Source: Octopus sinensis (taxonomy: Eukaryota). From it: a DNA stretch of 64,000 nt. The translations under genes and the position numbers were made by a program. The notes under the pieces are model-generated. The model had not been told where the DNA came from, ran no database searches, and was given only the letters and a program-made list of their open reading frames with translations. This document shows, piece after piece, positions 12,321 through 25,773 of this stretch (position 1 is its first letter; each line of letters starts with the position of its first letter). The stretch covers positions 20,149,360-20,213,359 of the forward strand of contig NC_043019.1 of the NCBI RefSeq assembly GCF_006345805.1, written 5' to 3'.

Positions 12321-13555
12321 CAAGGTGTCCATAAATTATCTTTATGACTTCCACAATTTATCATATCTATTAAAGTTGAGATCCATCAATGAGCTTCTTT
12401 CTATGGTGTAAATAAACATTATTAAAGTTTTAATTTATCTACTGTGCTTTGATATCTAAATCCCTTTGATTTACCTTTAAATGTATTTATTATAATCCCT
12501 GACTTTTAATGAAATTGACAACACCACAAGAGGGAGCACAATGTGTATCCAGACATTCAGGTCCAGTGGAATTACCGTACAAAGAATGGAAAAGAACCTC
12601 TAACTCATGTAGGCATTTATGCCTGGCGTAAAAGGTTTATGGAAACAGAAAGTGTCTTACAGAAAAAGGGGCTGTGTGCTGTGTGACAGAGGACATCTGT
12701 GGAAGATGTTGAGTGAATTTCATTATAGTCCTACTAAGCCCATTCATGCTGCATGTAGACAATTAAGTTTACCACAGTCCAAACTTTTACTGTTTTGCAC
12801 AAGAAACTGATGGTTTTATGCTTATAAAGTACAACTTTTGTGAGCACTACAGCCAGATGACAAACCCCAAAGGATACAATTTGCAGTGGACACGATAACT
12901 CTTCCTTTGAAAGATTCGTTCCAGTGAGAAAGCAACATTTCATGTGTCAGGAATGATAAATAAGTACAGCATCTGGAGAACTGGAAAGAAACAATCCAGC
13001 AGTCAAATGTTTGGTGCAGCCTTTTGTTAGATTGAGTGATTGGCTCATTTTTCTTAGAAGAAGAAGCAAATATTTGCTACACTTATAAGAAATACTTGTA
13101 CTGAAGTTGCACCACCTACAACCAACAGTTATTTCCCAACAATATGGTGGATTGTTACATTGGGGATCGAGTGTTTGAGAGTATTTTTAAAGAAACTTTC
13201 CCCCACCAGTGGATTAGGAGAGGTGGTCCAGTTCTCTGGTCACCTAAGGTATGAGATATAACCCCTCTGGACTCCTTTATATGGGTCTACATTAAAGATA
13301 GAGTATATTGCACAAAAGTTCAAAACTTCAATGATATGAAGGAGAATATGTGCCAAACCATATCCAACATTGATGAAGGGATTCTTAGTCAGAAATTGAG
13401 TATTGTCTAGATGTGTTGCATGCGACCACTGGATCCTATTGGAAGTGTTCTGGATTTTCTTTGTTTACCTATGTTTTGCCATAAATTCTGTTGAGTTAAC
13501 CTTATTTTTTTTTTCTGAATTTTTTAAAGTATAAAGGTAATTAATGGACAGCTTA
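12321..13555 (+). mobile_element. Full-length decayed Tc1/mariner transposon
   Basis: TA-flanked ~26-bp TIRs (caaggtgtccataaattatctttatg / ataaaggtaattaatggacagctta). Broken transposase with T.QEGAQCV...ETESV at the N-terminus and FPHQWIRRGG...W.P...DITPLDSFIWVYIKDRVY at the C-terminus. Confidence 0.85.
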
Positions 13556-13782
13556 TATATATATCAGAACAAAACAAATTGAAGAAAGAAAAAGTAAAGT
13601 AGAGCAGAGAAATAATAAGGGGAGTGGGATTGGAAAAAAAGACAAGAAAAGTTGTAAAAGACAAACAGATGAGAGACAGACTGCAAATGAGAGACCGACA
13701 AAAATGCATTTGACTGGATGTCAGCTACAAAGTCTGATCAGTGATACAACTTCATTATCTCCCTTTGTTGAATTGGTGGGAT

Positions 13783-14787
13783 TTATAGGAATTTTGGTGG
13801 GAAAACTGCTGCCAAAGTTACACAAATGCTACAGAGAGCAAACATCATATTCTGGAAAGATAAAAGAGAGAGAATATGGAAAAATTGAAGCATTTAATAG
13901 AAATGTAAATGTTGATATACATACATAGGAATTTATATGTGTATATCATCATCATCATTGTTTAACGTTTGCTTTCCATGCTGGCATGGGTTGAACGGTC
14001 TGACATGGAGCTGACCAGTAGTGAGCTGTCCAGGCTCCAGTTGTTTGTTAAGGTATGGCTTCAATGGCTGGATACCCTTCCCTATGCCAACCACTTGAAA
14101 GAGTGTGCTGGGTGCTTTTTACGTGCCACCTGCACAGGTGTATTTATGCAGCACCGGCAATTCTACTATATGGCTCAGAAACCTGGACGTTATCAAAGAA
14201 GCTTGAGAGGTGGTTGGATGGAACTTACACTCGCCTCCTTATGAGAGCTCAAAATCTCTCGTGGAAGCCTCATCCAACCAAAGTGCAAATATTTGGGAAA
14301 CTACCACCTGTGTCATCTCTTGTGAAAGGTAGGAGAGTCCAGTTTGCTGGACATTGTTGTAGAGCTGAAAACAAGGTAATTTCTACTCTTCTCCTCTGGA
14401 AGCCATCTGCTCGCGATACCAGAGGACGCACACTCTCCTACCCTGATGTAATCTCCAGGGATACAGATATCCAGCAACAGGACTTCCATAATGCTATGAT
14501 GGACTGTGAAGTCTGGCATAGCATGGTAAATTCCACGGTCGAACAATGATGATGATGACGGATGCTTTTATGTGGCACTTGCACCTGAAAGGACACACCT
14601 GTATATGTGGAAGGCAGCAATTTTAATTAGCTTGATGTGTCTTATCAAGTACAGCAAATTCCCACATCTCCCGGTCTCTTGTCATTTCCTCAGCAAGGCC
14701 CAGCGTCCATTGATCTTATCTCCAAAGATCTCATCACTTCGTCTCACATCTTCCAGGGCTTACCCCTTCTGTGTGTGTGTGTGTATG

Positions 14788-14844
<57 letters not shown>

Positions 14845-14845
14845 C

Positions 14846-14904
<59 letters not shown>

Positions 14905-15589
14905 GGTGTGTGGCTTAGTGGTTAGGCTGTTGAACTCACAATTACTAGATCATGGGTTTGATTCTCAGACTAGGCGATAGATTGTTTTCCTGTGCAAAAT
15001 ACTTCATTTGATGTTGTCCATTCCCCCTTTCATTCAGGGAGGAATGTTGACCTGCTTGTGGCTAAAATTATGCAAAGTGCATTGTGACTATACATACTTA
15101 TATATATAAATATAATTAGAAAAAAAACACCTTTTATCAATTCAAAATGAACAATTAAATTACACCATCTAGAAAATTACATATAATAGAAATATTAAAA
15201 TTAAAATAACAATAATATACTTAATTTTAATATTTCTATTATATGTAATTTTCTAGATGGTGTAATTTAATTGTTCATTTTGAATTGATAAAAGGTGTTT
15301 TTTTTCTAATGTATATATGTATATATATAATATATTAAATTAGAGACAAAACCACTATTATGCAAATCAAACAAAGAAAGACTTAAGCCAATACATAAAA
15401 TAATTTATATAATTAAATTTAATTATATAAATTATTTTATGTATTGGCTTAAGTCTTTCTTTGTTTGATTTGCATAATAGTGGTTTTGTCTCTAATTTAA
15501 TATAATATAATATTTTACTATAAAATTGGATTCAATCCTAAATCTGATTTTTCCCTGTAAATTTGGATTTATTCCCTAATATTTATTAT

Positions 15590-15649
<60 letters not shown>

Positions 15650-17725
15650 TGAAATTTGATTTAGTATTTCTAAATTGAATTTTTCCCTGTAAGTTAGGAA
15701 TAATGTTCCCTCAAATAATTATAATATATATATGACAAAAAAGCTCCTTACCAATACAAGAACGCTTGCAGAATTCTCTCGCTGGTTAGTGACGTAACTT
15801 TTACTGCTGGTTAATTCATTTGTTTGGTTTGGTGACTCGGTGCCCTCGATGTGAGCTACAGCAGCAGCAGATTCCCCACTCTTACCATCTTGGATATAGA
15901 TGTCATGTGACACTTTTTCCTTCTTTTGTCCCACCACTGCTGCCATCTGTTTCGCTTTTGTTGGACTCAACGTGACGCTGATGTTATCGGCCTGTTCTGG
16001 CTGGACAGTAACATTGACACTATCTGAAATGATCACAAAAGTAAACATTAACCCCAAATACACAAACATAAAGCAATTAACCCTTTCATTACCATACTTC
16101 TGTTGGAACACACTGCTTTTGTTTCAATTAATTTTGAAAATAATGAAGAATTTAGGCGTAGGAGTGGCTGTGTGGTAAGTAGCTTGCTTACCAACCACAT
16201 GGTTCCAGGTTCAGTCCTACTGCGTGGAACCTTGGGCAAGTATCTTCTACTATAGCCTCGGGCTGACCAAAGCCTTCTGAGAGGATTTGGTAGATGGAAA
16301 CTGAAAGAAGCCCGTCGTATATATGTATATATATATGTGTGTGTTTGCGTGTCTGTGTTTGTCCCCCCAACATCACTTGACAACCAATGTTGGTGTGTTT
16401 ACATCCCCGTAACTTAGCGATTCGGCAAAAGAGACCGATAGAATAAGTGGTAGGCTTACAAAGAATAAGTCCTGGGGGTCGATTTCCTCGACTAAAGGCA
16501 GTGCCCCAGCATGGCCGCAGTCAAATGACTGAAACAAGTAAAAGAGTCAAAAGAGAGAGCAAGGCCATTAAGATTTACGAGACGGTGGCAGGAACAAAAG
16601 TTAATCGAGAAAAGTCAGTCGTCTTGCAGCTTGGCACCTGGAGAGGCAAGTCGATGCTTCCTGACAGCGTCGTGTGACGTTGGACAGAGGGTCTGATTAA
16701 GTTGCTAGGAGTTTGGTTTGGACCAGACCTCCAAATAGAGAAGAACTGGGCCAAGGTATCGAGCAGGGTGACCCACATAGTCAAGACCTGGTCTTGGCGA
16801 TGGCTATCCCTGAAAGAGAGGGTGGAGGTAGCCAATGTGTTCATCACATCGGTCATCGCCTACCACCTGACCATCGTTCCTTGCCCTGATTCATGGTTGA
16901 TCAAGCTGGAAAGACAGCTCTTCCACTTCTTGTAGAAGGGCTCGAAACCGCTTGTGACAACTGTCAAAGGGTGGGCTAGGGATGCCTTGGCTATTGATGC
17001 GCAGACATGCGCTGAGGTTGCGGCATCTGTGGCTCTACCTAGATGGTGAACGGGTGTGGTCTCTGCTAACGAAACGGATGAATATTGAGGGCAACCTAGT
17101 AACGAGTTGATCTAGCCTGATCTCAGTGAGTGAGGCTGGTGGACAATAATGCTATCGAGAGGGAAGCCCCAAAACTGCATATTCTCTCCTGATGACCCCC
17201 CTAAGCTTGCTAGCATCTGGTATGATGAGTTGGTAGCACTTGCATCTGTAAGTTGTTTGCAAATATATATCATCATCATCATTTAGCGTCCGCTTTCCAT
17301 GCCAGCATGGGTTGGACGGTTCAACTGGGGTCTGTGAAGCCAGAAGGCTGCATCAGGCCCAGTCTGATCTGGCAGTGTTTCTACGGCTGGATGCCCTTCC
17401 TAACGCCAACCACTCTGTGAGTGTAGTGGGTGCTTTTTACGTGCCACCCGCACAGATTCCAGACGGAGCTGGCAAACGGCCACGAACGAATGGTGCTTTT
17501 ACGTGCCACCAGCACGGGGGCCAGGCGAGGCTGGTAACGGACACGAACGGATGGTGCTTTTGAGAGAGAGAGAGAGAGACAGACAGAAAGACAGGCAGGC
17601 AGATGGTGTACGGAGTATAAAGAAGTACTTTAATACAAACCAGCATAACAGCAACAGCTGTAGTAACAGCAGATGTAGAGCCAGAGAAGAGCCAAGTAAC
17701 TTATGTTGTACTTCTTCAAATCCAT
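13783..17725 (-). CDS. Unannotated 141-aa secreted, GPI-anchor-like/membrane glycoprotein (3 coding exons: 17641-17725, 15752-16023, 13783-13851)
   Basis: ATG in aatATGG context with upstream in-frame stops in the same exon (acceptor ttttccag, exon starts 17782). Donors G|GTTTGT and TTG|GTAAGG; acceptors atttcag and tctttccag. Phases 1 and 0 match; total 426 nt ending in TAA. Hydrophobic N-terminus ([18 protein letters not shown]) and C-terminus ([21 protein letters not shown]). Confidence 0.7.
14150..14558 (+). mobile_element. RTE-clade LINE 3' fragment
   Basis: [14 protein letters not shown]...[10 protein letters not shown] followed by a (GAT)n tail. Confidence 0.8.
15115..15504. repeat. 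Two adjacent AT-rich palindromes (15115-15310; perfect 174-bp palindrome 15331-15504)
   Basis: Direct reverse-complement comparison; a relative of the first lies at 28700-28900. Confidence 0.9.
16555..17100 (+). mobile_element. L1/Tx1-clade LINE RT C-terminal fragment
   Basis: [33 protein letters not shown]. Confidence 0.8.
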
Positions 17726-18019
17726 ATTGTTGTTGTTGTTAATGTCGTCTCAGAGGGAATTTTGCAGAAACTATTGGTCTCACTGGAAAAAAAACAGAAA
17801 CAATAAATAGATTGAAATTTGGTTGGGTGGGTGGGTGGGGATGACTTTTAACTGTGACTATAAATATATATAAGTCGAAACAATTTGTTGGCCTTTTACA
17901 GTTTTTATAATTATTTATATAATATTGTTATGTGATATATTATATTCATAGTATTTAATGTTGAATTCCAATAGAATATCTCTATATTCAATTTATCTTT
18001 ATATATATATATATATATA

Positions 18020-18320
18020 GTGACGTATATTTGCCATTTAAATATGGCTAAACCCTAAGGGTGGATGCTACTGTAGTTTGTAGCCCCAGGGGGACACCTC
18101 TTCCAGCTGGCTTTAGACACACTTACTGTGCCCTCTCAGTGTTTGCAAAGGGAAGCCATCCTTCCCATCTTCACCCTTTTCAAACATTGATAGGACACAT
18201 AAAGTGTGTCTAAAGCCAGCTGGAAGCTGGAAGCTGGAAGAGGTGTCCTCCTGGGGCTACAAACTATAGTAGCATCCACCCTTAGGGGTTAGCCATATTT
18301 TAATGGCAAATGAACGTCAC
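18020..18320. mobile_element. MITE-like element with ~85-bp terminal inverted repeats
   Basis: gtgacgtatatttgccatttaaatatggctaaaccctaagggtggatgc is mirrored at 18240-18320; partial copy near 47490-47640. Confidence 0.75.
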
Positions 18321-18955
18321 GATGTGTTGCAGCTACTGTTTATAACTCGCTCTAAGATTTATTATATATATTGTGGGGTGCAAAGAGAAGAGCACCATAC
18401 AAGGGTGACCGTTGACAGAGCAGCTAACTGGCTTCCTTGCCAGTGGCACATAAAAGGGCACCATTCGAGTGTGATCATTACCAGTGTCGCCTTACTGGCA
18501 CTTGTGCCCGTGCTTCTTCAGCTGAATATACCAGATAAGCACATAAATACAGATATATATTTATACTGAACATACATTATACTTACATGTAAGTATAACA
18601 TACGTTCTGTATATATATATATATATATATATACATATATATATGTATGTATGTATGTGCTTATCTGGTATATTCAGCTGAAGAAGGCAGAACTTCTCTG
18701 AAGCAAAACCAGAAATCCAGGATCTTGAATTATCCAGTAAAATCTTTTTTGCTAGTTTATTTTGTCTCTCTGTCTTCTCTTCTGGTGTGATATGAACATT
18801 TACGGTGGTTTTTGACTGCTATTTTAGCATGGTGGTATCTCTCAGATACCCTAATTTATAGTTTTAAATAATTATTACCTTTGTATGGTATTTGTTCCCA
18901 TGCTGGCCACTTGATAAGATCAATATTTAAATATCGATATTATCCTTATTTATAA

Positions 18956-19000
<45 letters not shown>

Positions 19001-19739
19001 TATATATGTATATATATAATGGGTGTCCATTTAGTGGTCATCCCTCTTATATATATATGTTTTATAATTTTTCTGAATCCTAATATTTTTCTATATACCA
19101 GGCCACTGGTTTTAAATTGATATTAATCAAATTAATATTCAATTTTTCACCCTTATTATTTAAATTTGAATAACCATGTTCTCTAACCAGCAAAATTCAC
19201 TGCAGAAAATTATTTTTCTGCAGAATTATTTCCAGTAATTTGGCCCGTCAAAACGAAGAGTTTTGAAATTTAACCCCAAATGTAATTGGTAGAACTATAT
19301 ACATGTTCAATCTCATACGGACGACTCATGTATAGTTCTGCAAATTATATTTTGCTATGACGATCACACTGATGAATTGCAGACATTTACATAAATATTA
19401 CGTAAGTGATTAATTTTTATATTTTGTATCTTTTCATTTGTCTTGCTCACTTACATTCTGGCGTTTGCTGAATTTTCTTGAGAACAATCTATTGTTAGTG
19501 GTCAGACCATATGGGGTCTACATCTAGCATAATGGATGTCCTCTTACTAGTCACCCCACTTATATATATATAAACAAAATAAGCAACAAGGATATCCAGA
19601 GGTAATGCAGTACGATCGTTTCATGTGACTCCATTTAATTGAACAATGTAAATATTACATCAGTTTTAAAATGTATAGCAATCTTCAGGAATGTTGGACA
19701 ACAAGCATTGACTGAAAGGTGACCATCTGACAAAACCAC

Positions 19740-21925
19740 TCAAGATCCTGAAGAAAAAGGAAAATATAATGACCCTAGAAAAAAATAGCCAGGAAAATTA
19801 TGTCAAAACCAAATTTGAAGACCACATATTTGCTGAACAACACAGAAAATCTATCATTGAAATGAAGCAGGAAGTTCTGAATGAGCTTGCAGTTGTAGGG
19901 CATACAAATATGAATGATAGGGAACCACTCCATAAACTATCAAATGCACACCAACATAAACACAAAACAAACATAAAACACAAATAAAAGTTGGCAACTG
20001 TATTACACAAGAAATCATACAACAACTAAAACCCGATCTTAATAAGATAAATGAAATTATTTACTCTGTTGCTAAGGTAATCGAAAGACGCTGTTTAACA
20101 TCCAAAAAGCCAGCAATATCAAATTCGAAAAGGAAATCAAACTGGAGGAGTAGAATTGAAACTGAGATTGAAATATTGCGAAGGGAGATATCAATATTAA
20201 CAGAGCTAATCTCTGGAAATAGTTTAAGATCAAGAAAAGGCAGGAAGATTGTGAGAAAATATGAACTCTCAATAAGAGAAGAACTAATGTCAGTGAAATA
20301 AAGTTCAAGCAAAAGCTCAGAGAATACACAGATTTGAGAAAAGAATCAAATACAAGCAAAATTAGATGTTCAAATCCAATGCCAAATCATTTTACAGGGA
20401 AATAGGGAAAGAAAAAATAACCATTGAAAATCCACCCCTAATGGAAGAAATTGAGAACTTTTGGAAAGGGATCTGGAGTGATGAGAAACCATACAATGAA
20501 AATGCAGACTGGATCAAACGCACCCAAGATACCTACAAAAATCTACAAGAACAGGTATGGGAAGACATCTCAATCACCGACCTAAGAAGAGCACTAATGA
20601 AGGCTCATAAGTGGAAATCCCCTGGTATTGATAGAGTACCAAATCTCTGGCTCTCATCACTCTCGTCCGCACAAAAAATTTTAGTAATACTATTTAATAG
20701 TATTATGAAAGACCCGGTAAAAACTCCCCATTGGATGGCAAGTGGTATTACTTACCTCCTCCCCAAAAATAACAAAACCAAAGACCCAAAAAGCTACTGG
20801 CCTATACCATGTTTGTCTACTACCTATAAGATTCTAGTGGAGAAAACATATACATTTATGAAAGAGAATAACCTCTTTCCCACTGAACAAAAAGGATGCA
20901 AAGATCAGCTCCTAATTAATCGCATGATCCTTAAGAACTGACGTAACAAGCACAGAAATCTCAGCTCTTCATGGATTGATTATAAAAAAGCCTTTGACAG
21001 CATACTACATTCATGGATTCTGAAATTGCTGGACATTTCCAAAATTTCTCCTGTGATTTCAGATTTTTTCAAGTATATGTCACTATGGAACACAAAGCTC
21101 CAATTATATCATTCTAATGGAGTATTGTGCTCAAACAACATTAGCATAAACTGTGGAATTTTCTAAGGTGATTCACTTTCACCACAAATTTTCTGCATAG
21201 CACTAAAACCACTCTCAAGTGAACTGAATAGAACAGGGTATGGCTACAAAATTGACAACAGGAAAATAAGCCATCTATTTTATATGGATGATTTAAAACT
21301 ATATGGCAAAGATGATGAAGAGCTTGAAGGACTACTATATCCTGAGAAAGGATTCAGTGATGATATCGGGATGGAGTTTGGCCTTGAAAAGTGTGCCAAA
21401 GCCACTTTTAAGAAAGGAAAATTGGTAAAGTCAAGTTCAATTAAATTAGATGTCGAAACAGTAATAAAGGGACTTGAGCAGGAACAAACCTATAAATACC
21501 TAGGAATAAACGAAGGCTCTGGTATCCAGCATGCAAGCATGAAAGAGAAGGTTAGGAAAGAATGTTATAGAAGAGTTCGAGCAGTCCTGAAGTCTGAGCT
21601 GAATGCATATAATAAGGTGTTAGCCATAAATTCCTTAGTAGTCTCAGTTGTTCTTTATAGCTTCAATGTGCTTAACTGAAATACCAGTGAAATAATGAAA
21701 ATTGATAGAAAAATCCGCAAGCTACTGACTTGTAATAAAATGTACCATCCAAAGGCAGACATGGATCATCTTTACCTTCCCAGAGCTCAGGGAGGTCGAG
21801 GCTTGATCCAGCTTGAACTTACATATGAAAGCACCACAATTGAACTGGCCAAATACCTTGAAGCAACCAATGATTGGATGCTAAAACTTGTTGAAAAACA
21901 TGAAAAACCGAAAAAACTTCACTGA
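19740..21925 (+). mobile_element. Decayed R4/Dong-clade non-LTR retrotransposon (reverse transcriptase)
   Basis: WKSPGIDRVPN.W, EQKGCKDQLLIN, WIDYKKAFDS, G(stop)GDSLSP, HLFYMDDLKLY, DIGMEFGLEKCA; several stops and frameshifts. Confidence 0.9.
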
Positions 21926-21929
21926 AATG

Positions 21930-22325
21930 AATAAAAGAATGCAGACTACCTCATTGACAAATGATAGGGACCTTCTCTTTGTGGCTGGTGACTTCAATAG
22001 ACATATTGGACAACATGCAGGGGGCTTCCATGGCATACATGGAGGCTATGGGCATGTGGCCAGAATGGATGAGGATAGCTGTGGGAAAAAGTGCCACACC
22101 CTAGCAGTTGAGGAAACCTGTGGAAGAGATAGACCCTGGAAGACCTGGGGGTGAGGTGGTGAAGCACGACCATTGACAATTAGGCCTCACCGAGGCAATG
22201 ACTAGTGACCGAGACCATTGGAAATATGCAGTGCGTGAGAAGACCCAGCAAGCCAAGTGAGATAATAACCCGTGGCCTATGCCAGGGGTGCAACCAGCCC
22301 ACTTATGCGTATGATGATGATGATG
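21930..22325 (+). mobile_element. Internally deleted RTE element
   Basis: VAGDFNRHIG (APE endonuclease) joined to GRDRPWKTW (3' end) and a (TGA)n tail. Confidence 0.7.
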
Positions 22326-22336
22326 ATATATATGAT

Positions 22337-22636
22337 ACTAGCAGTATCGCCCGGCGTTGCTCGGGTTTGTAAGGAAAATAACTATATAAGCATTTTTAGA
22401 GAGTTACTTCCCTTATATAATAGCCAAAAAAGCATTAAAAATGGGGAAAAATGATGGTAAATTTTTTTTTAAATCGTAGACTCATCGTAGACACGCGCTA
22501 ATACCCAGAAGGGCTCGATATGAATCGCGACTATAAGATACCCGGTTTTGGTTAAACTGCACCGCAAAATGTGGGAGTAGTTAGGAATCTAAATCGTAGG
22601 AGACAGACACACAACTTCACTTTTATATATAAAGAT
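22337..22636 (+). mobile_element. Non-autonomous Helitron-like element (second copy 53189-53588)
   Basis: Starts ACTAGCAGTATCGCCCGGCGTTGCTCGGG (subterminal hairpin), ends TTTTATATATA(A/T)AGAT; two related copies in the window. Confidence 0.6.
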
Positions 22637-23436
22637 ATATATAGATATACTGAAAATGCTGTTTTGTCACTTCTATTGTAGTTTTGACAAAATAACTGTT
22701 AAAATCGAACCTCACTCTTCAAAACTTGCATTAAGGATAAGGAACAAGATAAAGTTTCTACTTTCTTTTATAGCAAGTTGATGCAGGTAGTTTACCCCGT
22801 CCCCTTCCGACTTTTAGTTCATGCAATTGAAAAAACTGCATTATTTATCGGATGACCCAATATATATATATATATATATATCATCATCATCATCATGATA
22901 TATATATATATGCATGTATATATATATTATATATATATATGTATATATGTATGTATATATATACATATATATGTATGTATATGTAAGTATTTATATATAT
23001 ATATATAATATCATCATCATCATCATCGTCATTTAGCGTCTGTTTTCCATGCTAGCATGGGTTGGACGGTTCTACTGGGGTCTGTGAAGCCAGAAGGCTT
23101 CATCAGGCCCAGTCAAATCTGGCAGTGTTTCTACGGCTGGATGCCCTTCCTAACGCCAACCACTCCGTGAGTGTAGTGGGTGCTTTTTACGTGCCACCCG
23201 CACAGGTGCCAGACAGAGCTGGCAAACGGCCACGAACGGATGGTGCCTTTTATGTGCCACCGGCACAAGGGCCAGGCGAGGCTGGCAACGGACACGAAAC
23301 GGGGCGGTGCTGGCAACGGTCGTGAAACGGAAGGTTCTCTTACATGCCGCCGGCACTGGTAACACATCTGCAATTTCCATTGATCGATTTCCATTCTGAT
23401 CCTCACTTGCCTCGAGGGCATATAATATATATATAT

Positions 23437-23505
<69 letters not shown>

Positions 23506-23644
23506 AGAGCAATATAATATAAATAAATATATTTAAGAGAAAATTTGATGGACTTTTCTCTTATGAGGTTTTTCACGCTAACTACTTGATAAATTCTTAT
23601 AAAGATTTTATCCTATTTTTAAATTGTATATATGTGTATATAAA

Positions 23645-23685
<41 letters not shown>

Positions 23686-24031
23686 GTATGTATGTATGTA
23701 TATATATGTATATATATATATCGTAAATGAAAGACGGAAGATGAAATATACGAGAATTTTTGTGTGTGTAGGTATACATCGGTATATATACATGTAGTCC
23801 CATTAATGAAATATTAGCGAGGCAGGAATTAGCCCATGAGATTGGGGTCTCCGGTGATGAGGTTGGGGTGGTACATGCGGTGGACGGAACTTAAGAAGAA
23901 ATGCACATTGCTTACTTATTGTTACTACCACCAGCACCACCACCACCACCACTGCTACTGCTCAGTGCTGCTGCTGCTGCTATTACAATCACCATCTTGA
24001 TTTCACATACCTAGGTACACATACACACACT

Positions 24032-24088
<57 letters not shown>

Positions 24089-24829
24089 GCACATCACTAA
24101 TTACAAGCAAACACACAATAACACACACACACATAGAGACATGTTCACATTCACACACGTTTCATTTACATATGTATACATACATGCAAATGTGTGGATA
24201 GAGGAGGATGTTGAAGATAGTGATGGTGATGGTGATGGTAGTAGTGGCAGGAGGATAAAAAATTGGGGGTTGGGCTGTTGTTCTTGTTGTAGATATTGTT
24301 TCGAGACTCTTGATTTTCTTTTTTCGTTAAGGATTAGTCTATCTAGGAGTACAGCGTGTCCAATAGCTCCGAACCAGTTTTTGTTTTAAAGTGTATGCTG
24401 AAGAAGGAGGAGGAGGAGGAGGAGGAGAAGAAGAAGAAGAAGAAGAAGAAGAAGAAGAAGAAGAAATTAAAGATGGGAAAGAAGGAGGATTGAGAATGTA
24501 GAACAAAACAAAAAAGGGAGTTACAAGATCCCTAATAACATGGGCACACTTCTACTACAATTAATAGCACCACTGCTACCATTTGTGAAGGATCCTGTGT
24601 GTGGTTGTTTGACCAGCTAGAAATAGCTGCTAGATTTTTCCCTTAAATTACCGCCTACCATCTTGGAAGTTAGAAGATGACTTTGGATAATGTTATCAGA
24701 GATATGCAATGTTCAGGGGGAATGATGGGATGGATTGGTCATGGTTGGAGTGTTGCGGATGGTGTGCTTTCTATGTTTGCTCAGTCATGTCTGACCAGGG
24801 GTTAAACAACAGCAATTGAACATCACAAC

Positions 24830-25200
24830 AGCCCCTACAACCATCATGATAATGACCATCACCGTTACCACCTACACTATCATCGCTATCACCTACACCA
24901 CACCACAACCAACACCATCACCACACCACCACCACCACCACCACTACCACCTATACTATCATCGCTACCACCTACACCACACCACAACCAACACCATCAC
25001 CACCACCACCACTACCACCTACACTATCATCACTACCACCTACACCACACCACCACTACCACCTACACTATCATCGCTACCACCTACACCACACCACAAC
25101 CAACACTATCACCATTGCTGGTGATGGTGGCGGTGGCGGCAGCGGCGGCGGCGGTGGTGGTGGTGGTGGTGGTGGTAGTGGTGGTGGTGGTGGTGTTGCC
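24830..25200. repeat. (ACC)n/(GGT)n trinucleotide low-complexity block
   Basis: CAC/ACC-rich run followed directly by a complementary GGT run. Confidence 0.85.
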
Positions 25201-25737
25201 AACAGCTTCACTACCACAACAATCACTACCAGTAACAATACCATCAATCAACCATCACACCATCACTCCTACTGTCATCACCACCAAGCTACAACCAATG
25301 AACCCTAACTGCCGCCAACACCCCAACTATTATATGATATAAATTGAACACACAGACACACACAGAAACCCCTAAAATATCAGACAACAAACTAGTCACT
25401 AATCCCTCCTACACACACACACACACACACACACACTTTTTTTTTACCTCCTTAAGAAAAAATACAGTGGGAAGGGTCTGTCTCATAATACTAGACAGTT
25501 ACAATTTTAAAAGGGTTTTCCTACACACAGTGACAGGCAGAAAGGGATAAAAGGATGGTAGGTTGGGTGGGTTATCGGGACTAGTGATAGGAACCATTGA
25601 AGTGGGGACAGTAGCAGCTGGCTTCCATAACTGTAGTAGTAAGGATTAAAATTAGGGAACAGATAAATACACACACACTCATATATATGCATATGTATAA
25701 ACAAATATATATATGCCTGTGTGTGTATGGATGTATG

Positions 25738-25773
<36 letters not shown>

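Noticed and set aside
19363-19410. Second CTGATGA hammerhead copy
   Set aside because: GAAAC and stem III are deleted relative to 31473-31532, so it cannot form the core.
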